Part shown: in pieces, positions 1 to 10,781 of the stretch
Layout of the letters: each line of letters opens with the position of its first letter
Numbering within the stretch: position 1 is the stretch's first letter
Source of the DNA: Mesotaenium endlicherianum
Taxonomy: Eukaryota
Direction: 5' to 3'
Length of the DNA stretch: 61,702 nucleotides
Assembly (NCBI GenBank): GCA_009602735.1
Contig: WELA01002856.1
Coordinates: 186,001 to 247,702 of the forward strand
The notes under the pieces: model-generated
What the model was told of the DNA's origin: nothing
The model's database searches: none
The model's input: only the letters and a program-made list of their open reading frames with translations
Translations under genes and position numbers: made by a program

Positions 1-2637
1 ATCGAGGACTTGCTTGATACCCTGTCTGGCGCTAAGGTGTTCAGTAAGATAGATCTCAAGAGTGGTTATCATCAAATCAGAATTGCTGAGGGGGATGAAC
101 ACAAGACTGCTTTCCGCACACGTTATGGACACTATGAGTTCAACGTGATGCCATTTGGACTGACTAATGCTCCTGCTACCTTCATGGGAGCTATGAATGA
201 CATTTTCAGACCTTATTTGGATAAGTTTGTGCAAGTTTTCCTGGATGATATTTTAATTTTCTCTAAAGATGAAGCTCAGCACACTGAACACTTATAAACA
301 GTCCTAGACACTCTACGGAAAAATCACTTATATGCTAAAATGAGCAAGTGTGATTTCTTTAAGGAAAGTATTGAATTCTTAGGCCACGTTGTCAGTAAAG
401 AGGGCATCAGGGTAGATCCTAAGAAAGTCCAGACCATAAGGGACTGGCCAGTACCACAGTCGGTCTCTGAAGTTAGATCCTTCCTCGGGTTGGCTAACTA
501 CTATAGGAGATTTATTGAGAATTATTCCACAAAGGCCAGTAAACTGACTGACCTTACTAAGAAAGACATCGGGTATGTGTGGGGGGAAGAGCAGCAGGCT
601 GCCTTCCAGACCCTTAAAGATGCCCTTTGTTCTGCCCCAGTGCTAGCCGTGTATGACCCCAGCAAACCGGTGCAGGTGGTTACTGATGCCTCTGATTTTG
701 CCATGGGTGCTATTTTGTTGCAGCCTGCTGACAAAACCACAAAGGATGGTAAGGTACGGCAGGAGTGGCATCCTGTGTTGTATGAGTCTATGAAATTTAA
801 TCCAGCGGAGATTAATTACTCAGTGCATGATAAAGAGCTGCTAGCTATCATTCATGTACTCAAACAGTGGAGAGCATACTTACATGGTAAAGCTTTTAAG
901 GTGATTACAGATCATCTAGCTCTGACCCACTTTCAGAAGAAGTCCAAGCTGTCGAGGAGGGAGAACCGCTGGAGCCAGATGCTGGAGCAGTTCCAAGTCC
1001 AGATCGACTACAAACCAGGGAAGTTGAATCCTGCTGATGCACTCTCTAGAAGACCTGACTTGCAAGAAAGGAACTTTAGTCAGCATGCTGTAGATAAAGT
1101 CCTGTGTGCACTCACTTCACTAAAGGTGAAAAAGTCCTTCCTTGAACAACTTAGGAAAGCCTACCTTTCTGACCCAACATTTGAGCCCAGCCCCACTACT
1201 GGTATGTGTCGTGCTACCGCACTCGGGTATAAGCTCAAGGGAGGGGTCTGGGTGACTGAAACCACTTCAGGCAGGCTGAAGCTGGTCATTCCTAATAATT
1301 TGGAAATAAGGTCTCTCTTACTGAGTCAAGCTCATGACAGTCTCCTGGGTGGACATTTGGGGCAGGCCAAAACTGTTGGCAAACTGGCAAAACATTATCA
1401 TTGGGAGGGGTTACCCCGGGAGGTCTTGAAATATGTCAAGTCCTGTGACCAGTGTCAGAGAAATAAGTCTCGGCACACACCACCCGGAGGTCTCTTGCAA
1501 CCGCTACCCATCCCAGCGGGACGCTGGGAAACTATATCCATGGACTGGGTGGTCTCACTACCAAGAACTGCCAACGGGCATGATTCAATACTGGTAGTCG
1601 TGGATAAACTGACAAAAATGGTCATTTTTATCCCCACAACTGTCAAAGTGACTGCACTCGAAACAGCGAGACAGTTTTACAACCATGTAGTATGCCAACA
1701 TGGGCTCCCTTCTAATATCATCTCAGACAGAGACTCAAAATTCACCTCTAAGTTCTGGAGAGCTTTAATGGGGTTAATGGGAGTCAAACAGCTGCTCAGC
1801 ACAGCAAACCACCCTCAGACTGATGGGCAGACTGAAAGAACTAACCGAGTTCTGCAGGAGGTGCTGAGAGCATATATTAACCAAAAACAAGATAATTGGG
1901 ATGACCTGTTGCCTCAAATTCAGTTTGCGGTCAACAGTGCGGTGCACGCGTCAACGGGCAAAACTCCTTTTGAACTCAGCCTGGGTAGAGTCCCTAAGTC
2001 TCCTCTAGATGTGCTAGGGGAATCTTTAACTCACCCTGAAGGGATTGACAACCCGGTCTCCCTCCAGTTAACTCAGGAGTTTGCTGACACCCTGTCAGAA
2101 GTCCAACGAAACTTGCACAAGGCCCAAGAAAACCAACAAAAATACGCTAATCAACACCGTCGGGAACTGACATTTTCCAAGGGGGATTTAGTCAAACTGC
2201 ATTCTCAGCACCTGTACCTCCCTGGTGTGGTCAAGAAAAAGCTTGGCCCTGTCTGGGTCGGTCCATATTCGGTGGTCCGTCGTGTCGGTCAGAATGCTTA
2301 CAAACTGAACATGTCAGCTGACTACAAGGGTCACCCGGTCTTTAATGTCTCCTTCCTGGAACCATACATCAAAGGTGATACACTGTTCACAGGTCGGTTA
2401 CCTGTCCAACCGGGACCGGTCCCCGCTGTCCGGGACGGCGACCCTGAGGAATATGAGGTCGATGAGATTTTAGACGCTCGCTCGGTCCGTCGATCGTCTA
2501 AATATGTCATGAAGTACCTCATCCGATGGAAGGGTTACGATGCCTCTGGGGACACTTGGGAATTTAAAGATCAGCTGACCCATGCCAAAGGGGCGTTGAA
2601 ACGGTTCCACCTTCGGGCGGCTGGGGCACCTCCCTAA
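1..2637 (+). pseudogene. pol: pol (RT, RNase H, integrase, chromodomain) with one in-frame stop
   Basis: ORFs 10-297 and 340-2637 are in the same frame. TAA at 295-297 corresponds to AAG in the 55-61 kb copy. Motifs: [28 protein letters not shown] zinc finger, GPY, chromodomain [20 protein letters not shown]. Confidence 0.93.
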
Positions 2638-2640
2638 CAG

Positions 2641-2760
2641 TCGTTTCCGTTGACACGGGAAGGTGACAGGCGGTCCTGTCTCCAAATAAGTTGGAGGGAG
2701 ATGTGACAGTTAGTGACGGTTGTGACAGGCAGCCCACCTTTAAATTTAAGTTGGAGGGAG
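2641..2760 (+). repeat. Imperfect 60-bp tandem duplication, each unit ending in a PPT-like AAGTTGGAGGGA
   Basis: AAGTTGGAGGGA at 2688-2699 and 2748-2759, each preceded by GTGACAGGC; same 12-mer as the functional PPT at 4702-4713. Confidence 0.75.
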
Positions 2761-2961
2761 CGGTAGTCTCTGATCACCATATTACCCACTCAACCTGCGC
2801 TCACACTCACTTGCTCTCCAACTCAATTTTTCCTTATATTCGCTCACACCAGGTATTCCACTCTTGGAACTCTCCTGATCGCATCCCTCTTCATCAAGGG
2901 CACTCAGTAACGGCAAAATATCATGACTTCACTAACTGCATTGTGTTTATGATTGAGCAGG

Positions 2962-4629
2962 ATGACTCAAAAGTCGGAACTCAAGAGGAAGAGAAGGGCG
3001 GAAGAGGTACATGCAGAATACTTGCAGTTCCGTGGAGACATCGAATCATCTTCCATCACCGCTCGGGAATCACAACGACTTTAACAACAGCGGGAGGCAC
3101 AGAAGAAGAAGGAGGAGGAGGAACAGGCCAGACTGAGGCAGGGAGAAATGGACAGAATAGCTGCAGAGGAGGCTAAGAAAGCATAGGAGGAGAGGCAAGC
3201 TGAGGAGAAGCGGAAGCAGCAGGCTGAAGAAGAAGAACAGAGGAGAATGAGCAGCTACCGCTACACGGTGCTGGGCAAGGGCTTTGATCTACTGGAGGAG
3301 GCCTTCAAGTATGCCCAGAGAAGTCGCAGTGAGTCGCAGAAGGAAATCCTCCAGAAGGAAGGGGAGACATCAGAAAACTTTGACAAGTATGTAGAGGTCG
3401 GCACAGGGCTCCTCCTCTACCACGATTACGCTAGGATGGTAGGATATACCATCGGAGAGGCCAAGGCAATGGCCCAGGTGAACGAAGCAGGAGCTGTCTC
3501 GATTCCTGGTATCTGGGGGGCAGATAGGGTCATCAGGATGATCCCCATGGACGCGGACAGCTTCAAGGACTCAACACCCCACAACAGGTTCAAGGCCATG
3601 TACAATGAGGTGGAGAGGAGGAGCTGGGAATTCTTGGCCAGAGAAACCAGTCAGCTGGACTTTGCAGGGCACTGGTACCCTTGTACTCTCAAAAAGACAG
3701 ACGCTGCCTTCTTCCAAAAGCCCACTGATTGGCGGTGGATGACCATCAACATGAGGGACCAGCAGAATGACAGGGCGACGGATGAGGATTTCCTGACGGA
3801 CCTAAACGGGAACATAGTATTGCCCCCTCACATTGCGGCTTGGGACCCAAGATTGGATGGAGTCAGAGACTGCATGAGCCAAGAGATGCAGGGGGACAGA
3901 AGCAGGGCCCGAGAGTCATTCTCCAAAGGGAAGCACGCTTATGCCAAATGGGCAAGTAAGCAGGGGGAAAAGGACCTCTATGCGGTCCGGACTCAGCAGC
4001 CCCCACCAGCACCCAAAAGGGGAAGGTCAGTAGGATATTCTTTATCTCGGGAAGAGCTGGAGCAGCGGACAGAGGAGACCCCAGAAGTCTCAGAGGAACC
4101 CGCGGACAACGAGGAGGCGGAGTCGGAGGAAGACGAGGAGGAAGGCGAGGAGGAGGACACTAGCCCCGCCGTGATCCTGACACCTGCCACATCCCCTGTA
4201 AGGGAGAAGACGGGGTGGGCCCCGCCGCAACTCGCTCAAGAGGAGGATATCACTTGGCTGGGGACTGCCAGAGGACAGAGCCCATCTCCAGGCAAGGAGA
4301 CCCAGTCGGACAGGGCAGAGAGGAGGGCTGCTCGGGAGATAGCCAGAGGCCTGCCAGCATCTCCCTCGCAGAGAGGGCATGTACCCTTGGCTCATGTCAT
4401 GCAACATCCTTCCGAGATGCCGGTATACGTACCTGTCAGTTTGAGGACTGCCCAGGAGAAGGCTGCCTCCCTTCAGTTTCACACTGTGCAGGAGGAAACA
4501 GCCCAGTTACTACGTTCTCCGCCGGGTCCTTACACGGAACCCCCTTCTCTGACAGGCTTCAAAAGACCCCAAGACAAGAGGAGGTCTGGCTCCCCTGAGC
4601 ATAGGGCCTCAGGGATATCTCCCTCCTAA
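2962..4629 (+). pseudogene. Accessory ORF3 of the family A retrotransposon (about 555 codons, unknown function, two premature stops)
   Basis: The 460-aa ORF at 3247-4629 extends in frame to ATG 2962 across TAA 3082-3084 and TAG 3184-3186. N-terminal KRKRR plus E/Q/K/R coiled-coil-like segment, globular-looking middle, acidic and S/P-rich C-terminus. Confidence 0.8.
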
Positions 4630-4701
4630 GGGCAGCAGGCTGGGGATAAGAGGGACAGCACGCTGTTACTAGTGATAGTGTTGTCGAGGCGACAACATGA
4701 T

Positions 4702-4713
4702 AAGTTGGAGGGA
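4702..4713 (+). promoter_or_regulatory. Polypurine tract, family A
   Basis: AAGTTGGAGGGA immediately before the LTR start TGTAATG; same at 6040-6051. Confidence 0.85.
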
Positions 4714-4714
4714 T

Positions 4715-5435
4715 TGTAATGAATCAGTATACTGGTCGATATAATATTCATTTAAATAATATAGTTAAATAAGTTCAGCCTGCTGAACTCTAGTTAATAA
4801 TCAGTCTGCTGGACTTTATACTTAATATCAATTTAATGACTTGGCCGGAAGTAGCAGGCTGAGGCCACCTTAAGTCAGCTTGCTGACACATTCTTTGACA
4901 GCCAGCTGACTTCCGTACTCGGTAGCAGCGAACTGCCTCAATATGCATCTAAGTGTGGTATGCTAGATGAATGGCCACATGACATCCCTATGATGGATGG
5001 CGATTCGGGATGATGGGAGATGGCGGTGGATTTGGTTAACCGAGGTCCTACCAACGTGGTTAACTCCCGGGTAGGCGGTGCCATCGCACTGACCGTTGAA
5101 CAGTAAACTCATTCCATGTACATATGCTAGGCATTGCTCTCGAGTTCGGCATTCGGAAACGAGGCCAACTCTCTTGTACAGCTTACTGAGAGAGATCTGA
5201 ATCCAAGGCGAGAAGCCATTGATACGCACTGTCTTCTAACCTTGCTTATGTATGAGTTTACTGATTTGCATCATTGATGCTAGGTTACTCGCATTTGACT
5301 TACAAGTATTATTCACTGCTAGTGTATTGTCCTTTGCCGTTTAACCAGTTAACGGAAATTGCCATCAAGATTACTTGCTGATTTAAAGATCTTTATTAAT
5401 TGTTAATCGCTTATTTGGTAAGTCGATTCATTTCA
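4715..5435 (+). repeat. 3' LTR, family A copy 1
   Basis: TGTAATGAATC...GATTCATTTCA with terminal inverted repeat; matches 16126-16795 and 55051-55786. Confidence 0.93.
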
Positions 5436-5883
5436 ATAGCGTTGTATTTTATATTATCTAGTATAATATATATATACAGATTACAATATATAATATATTA
5501 CGGGTATATATTGTATTACCAAGAGGCACTATGACACCTACGTAAAGTCATGAGGCTCATGGCATAAGCCAAGAGTCATAACGAAACCTACCAAGGAGAG
5601 GTTTGCCTCGTTTCACATGTCACGTGAAGAGGTGGACCTTTTGGGTTGTCACGTTCAACAGGTACAAGTTGTCCTGTCACAACCCTCTAATATAGGTGTC
5701 GCAGGAGTGCCAAGCACTCAACCGGCTCGCGTTGGCAAGCATAAATACTTGCAGAGCCAATCTCAGTGCAACTCTGAGAACGCCTCTTCTCGTCATTGCA
5801 TCTTTGTCCAGGTTTTGGACAATTTCTTTCTGAAAAGCTTAGAAAAGATCTTCACAATTCTCCCGATAGTGAGAATTGTTACA
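5436..5883 (+). repeat. Probable 3' portion of an unrelated LTR (family D) into which copy A1 inserted
   Basis: Ends in TGTTACA at 5883, with a TATA-like CATAAATA near 5740 and a terminal hairpin; family-A-like internal sequence resumes directly after it. No second copy in the window. Confidence 0.45.
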
Positions 5884-6590
5884 TCTACTTCACCAGAGGA
5901 TAGAGCGCAAGGAACATAGGTTGCATGCGCGGGTCAGTGGGTTAGACTTTGCATGCTTTGTTCAGATGGCTGTATGTGTTGCTTTGATGTACATTGTATT
6001 AGGATGAGTGTTTAAGTGTTGTTGAGACAACAACAAGTTAAGTTGGAGGGATTGTAATGAATCAGTATTATTGATAGTGTAATATACACATAAATACAAT
6101 AGTTATTTAAGTTCAGTCTGCTGAACTTTAGGTAACATTAAGTCTGCTGGACTTTAGGTGATAATCATTATAATGACTCAGTCGAGGGCAGCAGGCTGAA
6201 GTCTACTATTTGTCTGCTTGCTGACACATTCTTAGACAGTCAGTTGATTGCCGCACTCGGTATCAGTGAACTGCCTAGTAATGCATCTAAGTGTGATATG
6301 CTAGATGAGTGGCCAGATGACACCCTTGAGGTGGATGGCGATTCGGGATGATGGGAGATGGCTGTGGATTTGGTTAGCCGAGGTCCAATCGACGTGGTTA
6401 ACTCCCGGGTAGGTGATGCCATCGCACTTGCCGTTGAACATTAAACTCATTCCATGTACATAGGTTAGGTCATACTCTCAAGTTCGGCATTTAGAAACAA
6501 GGCCAACTATATTGTAGCGCTTACTGAGAGAGATCTAAATCTGAGGCGAGAAGCCATTGATACGCACTGTCTTCTAACCTTGCTTATATA
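5884..6590 (+). mobile_element. 3' remnant of a diverged family A element (A2): ORF3 C-terminus, PPT, first part of 3' LTR (6053-6590)
   Basis: PPT at 6040-6051 followed by TGTAATGAATC at 6053; clearly alignable to the family A LTR but more diverged; interrupted at 6590. Confidence 0.85.
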
Positions 6591-7309
6591 TGAAAGGGAG
6601 AAGGGTGCGGGGAGTGCGCCCATGCACACTCACGCACCCTCACCCGCGAGTGGAAGCATGCACGAGGACCTTTTCTTGTTGCATGCACAAGGTGGAGTGG
6701 CCTGGTGGTATGCCACCCTTGCAAGAGTTAGAGGGCTACATGAGAGAGAGGAGTTGAAAAGAACTCACTTTATTAAGAAAAGTCGTGTACAAGCTACGAA
6801 GGTTAGACTAGAATAGAATAAGCCCCCTCTACTTCCTTGTGCTTCCCATTTATCCTTTTACTCTAAGTGTCCTCTCTAGCAAAGTACCTCCAGAACCTTC
6901 TCCTATGGCTCCTTCCATGTAGGTGACCTTGCCTAGTTGGACAAGCTAGCACACTCACACGCACACAATCACACTCTAGAATATTCTACTACACAAACCA
7001 CTAACTCCTCACGGAGTTTCTAGAAATTCCACGATCACTTTGGCACTCTACGTAATTGTACGTACTTTCTGGAACCCTCACGTTTCAATGTCCTACTTTC
7101 TGGACTCCAACCGAAATTTTCGTCACTGGACCTGTCCTTGTCACGAAATAAAATCTGTGACATTTAAAACTCACTAAAAACTTCCAAAATTTATAACTAT
7201 CTCAATACTTGTCCAAATGACGTGAAATAAAGGCCAAAGTTCTTCTAAAATCACACTCTATGCACATAAAATACTAAAAAGAAACAAACTACACTTTCAT
7301 AACCTTACA
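6591..7309 (-). repeat. 3' LTR of element C
   Basis: Highly similar direct repeat of 17398-18117; TG..CA termini; adjacent minus-strand PPT GAGGAGGGGGATGA. Confidence 0.93.
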
Positions 7310-8943
7310 TCATCCCCCTCCTCAAGATGCGACGTCCTCGGCGCATACTAAGCATAAGTGACGTCATATGAGGAATCGAGCTCACTTATACGCTAGAAAA
7401 ACACATATTCACATATATTATACAAGTTGCAGGTCTTGAACAGGCTACAGGATGATACTTAATACTCCAAACTTGCTCCACTTAGTAAAAGCTCCATCGC
7501 ATACATTGGCTCCACCCATGGCGTCTCCTAACACAATTGCATCTTCTCTTCAACTCCTTCGTCTTGGAGTAGGTCAATATCTTCATAAGGGCTGTGACAT
7601 ACTCCCTCCATCAACTCTACATACTCCAAAGCTGGATCCAAGGCATAATAGTCCGCCAAATCGCCAAAATACTCATTTTTCGCCCTCTTGGACGAGTGGC
7701 AGCTCCTCGTCGCGCCATGTGGCTTACTCGTGGTACTTTTATAATTTTGACCAGATTACATCATAAACCTAAGTTTACTATGTTCCTGAACCTTCTGGTA
7801 CCCTTAGCTACCTCTAGCTCTAAGCCATACTCCTTGTAGAGGTATTGCACTCTCTCACTCGTGTGCGTGACTCGTGGTGACCTCTCAAGACGCCAAGTGA
7901 CACCCCCCTGACTTTTTTTTGACATTTTTAGCCTGAAAGTTGTGTAATCTACATAATATCTCCCCTTTGAACTCACTGGTATGCTTTATTTCTCCTGATT
8001 CCAAGCCTAAGATCATGATACCAGATTGCGCCTTGCCTCACACATGTGGCTCGCACGGCAGTCCAGCAGACCGCCATGTGGCACTGTCAGGACTTAAATT
8101 AACATTTTTATAAAAAAAAAATACTTTTTCTGAATCTCAACCCATAGGACTACCTCTCCACAAAATTTTAGAGTCTGAATCAAAGTCTAACACTCAAACG
8201 AGATCGTCACTTTGTGCCTCACGCTCGTAGGACGCATACGCGCGCAACATGGATAAAGCTCCCGCGCCTACAAATGGCACATGCTTAAACCCCTGATTCT
8301 GAAACTTGACTATGACTCAAGGAAGGCCTCATACTAGGCCTCTCACATCATGTAGGACTTCTAGTGAAAATATTACCCACTCTCTCCTAAGTAGGCAAAA
8401 AGTAGCCAAAATCTGCCAACTTTAAACCTCGCGCTCGCCTACCCGTAAAACCCTCAAACATAGACAGATTTGAGTATCTTCCAAGTTCTTGCTCTCAAAC
8501 TTCTTTCCACTTCACATCTCTTAGTTACAACTGAACTCATGGGACTGGTTTGACCTTGCTTACAAGCACTATAAACAACTATAACACTCCCCCCCCTCAT
8601 CATGAAGGTAAGGCGCTTACCACTCGAGTGTCCAAGTCCAGATTTTACGCCTCTCTTGTGCTTGCTTGTATAGGCGCTGATTCTCCTAGCTTCATGTCCA
8701 GGTCTTTGTCATATACCTCCATCTTAGGCAGGACATATCAATCCCATAACACTTGGTCTCCTCCTCATAGGTCCATATCCATAAAGTCGTAGTCTCCATC
8801 AAGCGACGATAATAATCTTCACAAGGCATGAGCGCGTAGTCTCGCTTGTGGTGCACCAAACTCCATCATAGTCTTCTCCTTGGCTAGATGCTCACTCCCA
8901 CATACCTCTGGCTCTTCTTGAAGGTCAGCCTTCACACAAGGCT

Positions 8944-9687
8944 TGTAAGGTCATAGGTTTATAAAGTGCATTATTGAGTTTCATAAAATTATGTTTTGAT
9001 TGTACATTCATGTAGAGTGCATTTTTGTGGTCATTTTGATATAAAGTTCATCGAATTTGGTCAAGTATTGAGAGAGTTATGGATTTCCGAAGTTTAATTA
9101 GTTTTGAGGTCGGTTGACGACTGTCCTTAATTCGCGGTGAGCGCGACCGTCGGATTGACCGACAGCGTCGAGCGATCTGGCCCGTTAGAATGAACTCGAA
9201 CCTTCACGTAAGTTCGGCTGACGCGGAGTGCCGACTAGGTCGATTTACCTAGAAGTTTCGGTTTAGCCTAGCGCGTCTAAGATAGAATATTCTAGTAATG
9301 TCGATGCATGTATGTGGACGTCAATTCGGCCCGACACGTCAGATTAGACTGATCTGGCTTACTCACGAATATTCTGGAAGGGACGATTTGACGAACACTT
9401 AGGAAAATCCGTAGCTTCCTCCTAGGGGGGAGCACTTAGGCAGAAAATTATAAATAGGCATAACTTCTTTGTTTCTTATCAGTTTTCACTTCTGTAAATT
9501 TCTACGGGTTTGTAATGACAAGGCCTTTCATCCTACATCATTTGTGAGCAGTTTCTTGCTACTCAAAATGTTGAGTAATTTTCCTAAGCTTTGTTAGTGA
9601 TATGCCGCTGCACTCTCTAGTATGATGGCAACTAGTTCCTTTCCTCGTGAGTCACTACGCTTCCACTAGGGCACTTTGCCCCTTTCA
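8944..9687 (+). repeat. 5' LTR of element B
   Basis: TGTAAGG...CCTTTCA; direct repeat of 14357-15100; TATAAATA near 9448. Confidence 0.95.
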
Positions 9688-9689
9688 TC

Positions 9690-9702
9690 TGGTATCGGAG
9701 CA
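9690..9702 (+). promoter_or_regulatory. Primer binding site (tRNA-iMet type), element B
   Basis: TGGTATCGGAGCA 2 nt after the 5' LTR. Confidence 0.9.
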
Positions 9703-9724
9703 GGGCTAGTTTGCATATTATATT

Positions 9725-10756
9725 ATGGAGTCGCAGCCGGCAGCTGGAGGAGGCGAACATGTCGAGCATGTTGAGCGCGCGGGGCAGCAGGCAGCACCAA
9801 CAATGACCAGAGAGCAACAAGAGATGCAGGCGATGCTAAGACAAATGGCAAATGCAATTGGAGGAGAAGTCTACACCCAGTTTCAACAAAATATGCGCGC
9901 GGAGGTGGAGAGAATGGTGCGAGTTGTTATGGGGAACGCCGCTTCGACGAGTTCGGCACCTGCACCTGTTGTACCACCGATTCATGTTAACCCAGTGGTG
10001 CAACCAGTTATTCCACCCGCATCAGGAGTGCGTGCGCCTAAGCCTGAAGTTTATACTGGAGAGCGTGGATCGCCGCCTGTTCATCAATGGATTTTTGGAG
10101 TGAAGAAGTTTATGGAGTATTCTGCGCTCACGCCCGACAGGCAAGTCGCCTTTGTCATAACTTTGCTGCAGAAGAGTGCTGGAGCTTGGTATGAACGAGA
10201 AGAGCAGCTGTCTGGAGTTCCTGCTACTGTTGATCAGCTATTTGAAGGCTTGAAGAGGCAATTTCAACCTATTGCACCCGAGGCTACCGCTCGAGATCTA
10301 TTGGTGCGCCTTCGTCAGCGAGGAAGCGTTCAGGAGTATGTATCGCGCTTCAACGAGCTGGTGCTTCAATGTCCATCCATGCACGAGTCGGAGATGATGG
10401 ACAAGTTCAAGAGGGGACTCAAGCCAACTGTGGCCAAGGAAGTGGCGCTCAAGGACCCTACCAGTCTTGGAGAAATGATGGCATTGGCAACAAGGGTCGA
10501 CGCTGTGGAGTATAGTCAGAGGCAGTGGGGCAGCCACAACTTTGGAGGATATCGACACTTTGGATCTCAAGCGCCAAGCACGAGTGTTCAAGGTCCAGTA
10601 CCCATGGAGTTGGGACTTGTGCAGTACCAGCGCAGGCAGCAGAATTTCAAGCCGAGAGGACCGTGCTATAGTTGCGGCAAGCTTGGACATCTGGCTCGAG
10701 ACTGTCATGTGAAGGCGAAGCAACCTCAACAGCAGGAAAAAGGAGGACGCCAGTAA
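9725..10756 (+). CDS. gag: Gag, element B
   Basis: 343 aa; capsid/MHR-like [22 protein letters not shown], zinc knuckle [14 protein letters not shown]. Confidence 0.93.
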   Translation: MESQPAAGGGEHVEHVERAGQQAAPTMTREQQEMQAMLRQMANAIGGEVYTQFQQNMRAEVERMVRVVMGNAASTSSAPAPVVPPIHVNPVVQPVIPPASGVRAPKPEVYTGERGSPPVHQWIFGVKKFMEYSALTPDRQVAFVITLLQKSAGAWYEREEQLSGVPATVDQLFEGLKRQFQPIAPEATARDLLVRLRQRGSVQEYVSRFNELVLQCPSMHESEMMDKFKRGLKPTVAKEVALKDPTSLGEMMALATRVDAVEYSQRQWGSHNFGGYRHFGSQAPSTSVQGPVPMELGLVQYQRRQQNFKPRGPCYSCGKLGHLARDCHVKAKQPQQQEKGGRQ

Positions 10757-10781
10757 GTCGTTCTGGGGTGTCTACTGGCGT
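10735..10781 (+). promoter_or_regulatory. Putative -1 ribosomal frameshift signal, element B
   Basis: G_GAA_AAA (10735-10741) in gag phase, 5-nt spacer, perfect 9-bp stem 10747-10755/10773-10781; pol is in the -1 frame. Confidence 0.65.

Larger units (their letters stand above)
1..5435 (+). mobile_element. Ty3/gypsy chromovirus LTR retrotransposon, family A copy 1 (5' part outside window)
   Basis: RT-RNaseH-integrase-chromodomain order, extra ORF, PPT at 4702-4713, 3' LTR TG..CA at 4715-5435; pol nearly identical to the copy at 58448-61090. Confidence 0.95.

Noticed and set aside
3247..4629. env interpretation of ORF3
   Set aside because: No signal peptide, hydrophobic transmembrane segment or fusion-peptide-like stretch is visible
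4963..5229. 88-aa antisense ORF recurring in family A LTRs (also 55315-55581, 16287-16589)
   Set aside because: Recurrence follows from LTR identity. It has a GTG start, is frameshifted in the solo LTR and is not maintained in A2; substitutions show no codon-position bias
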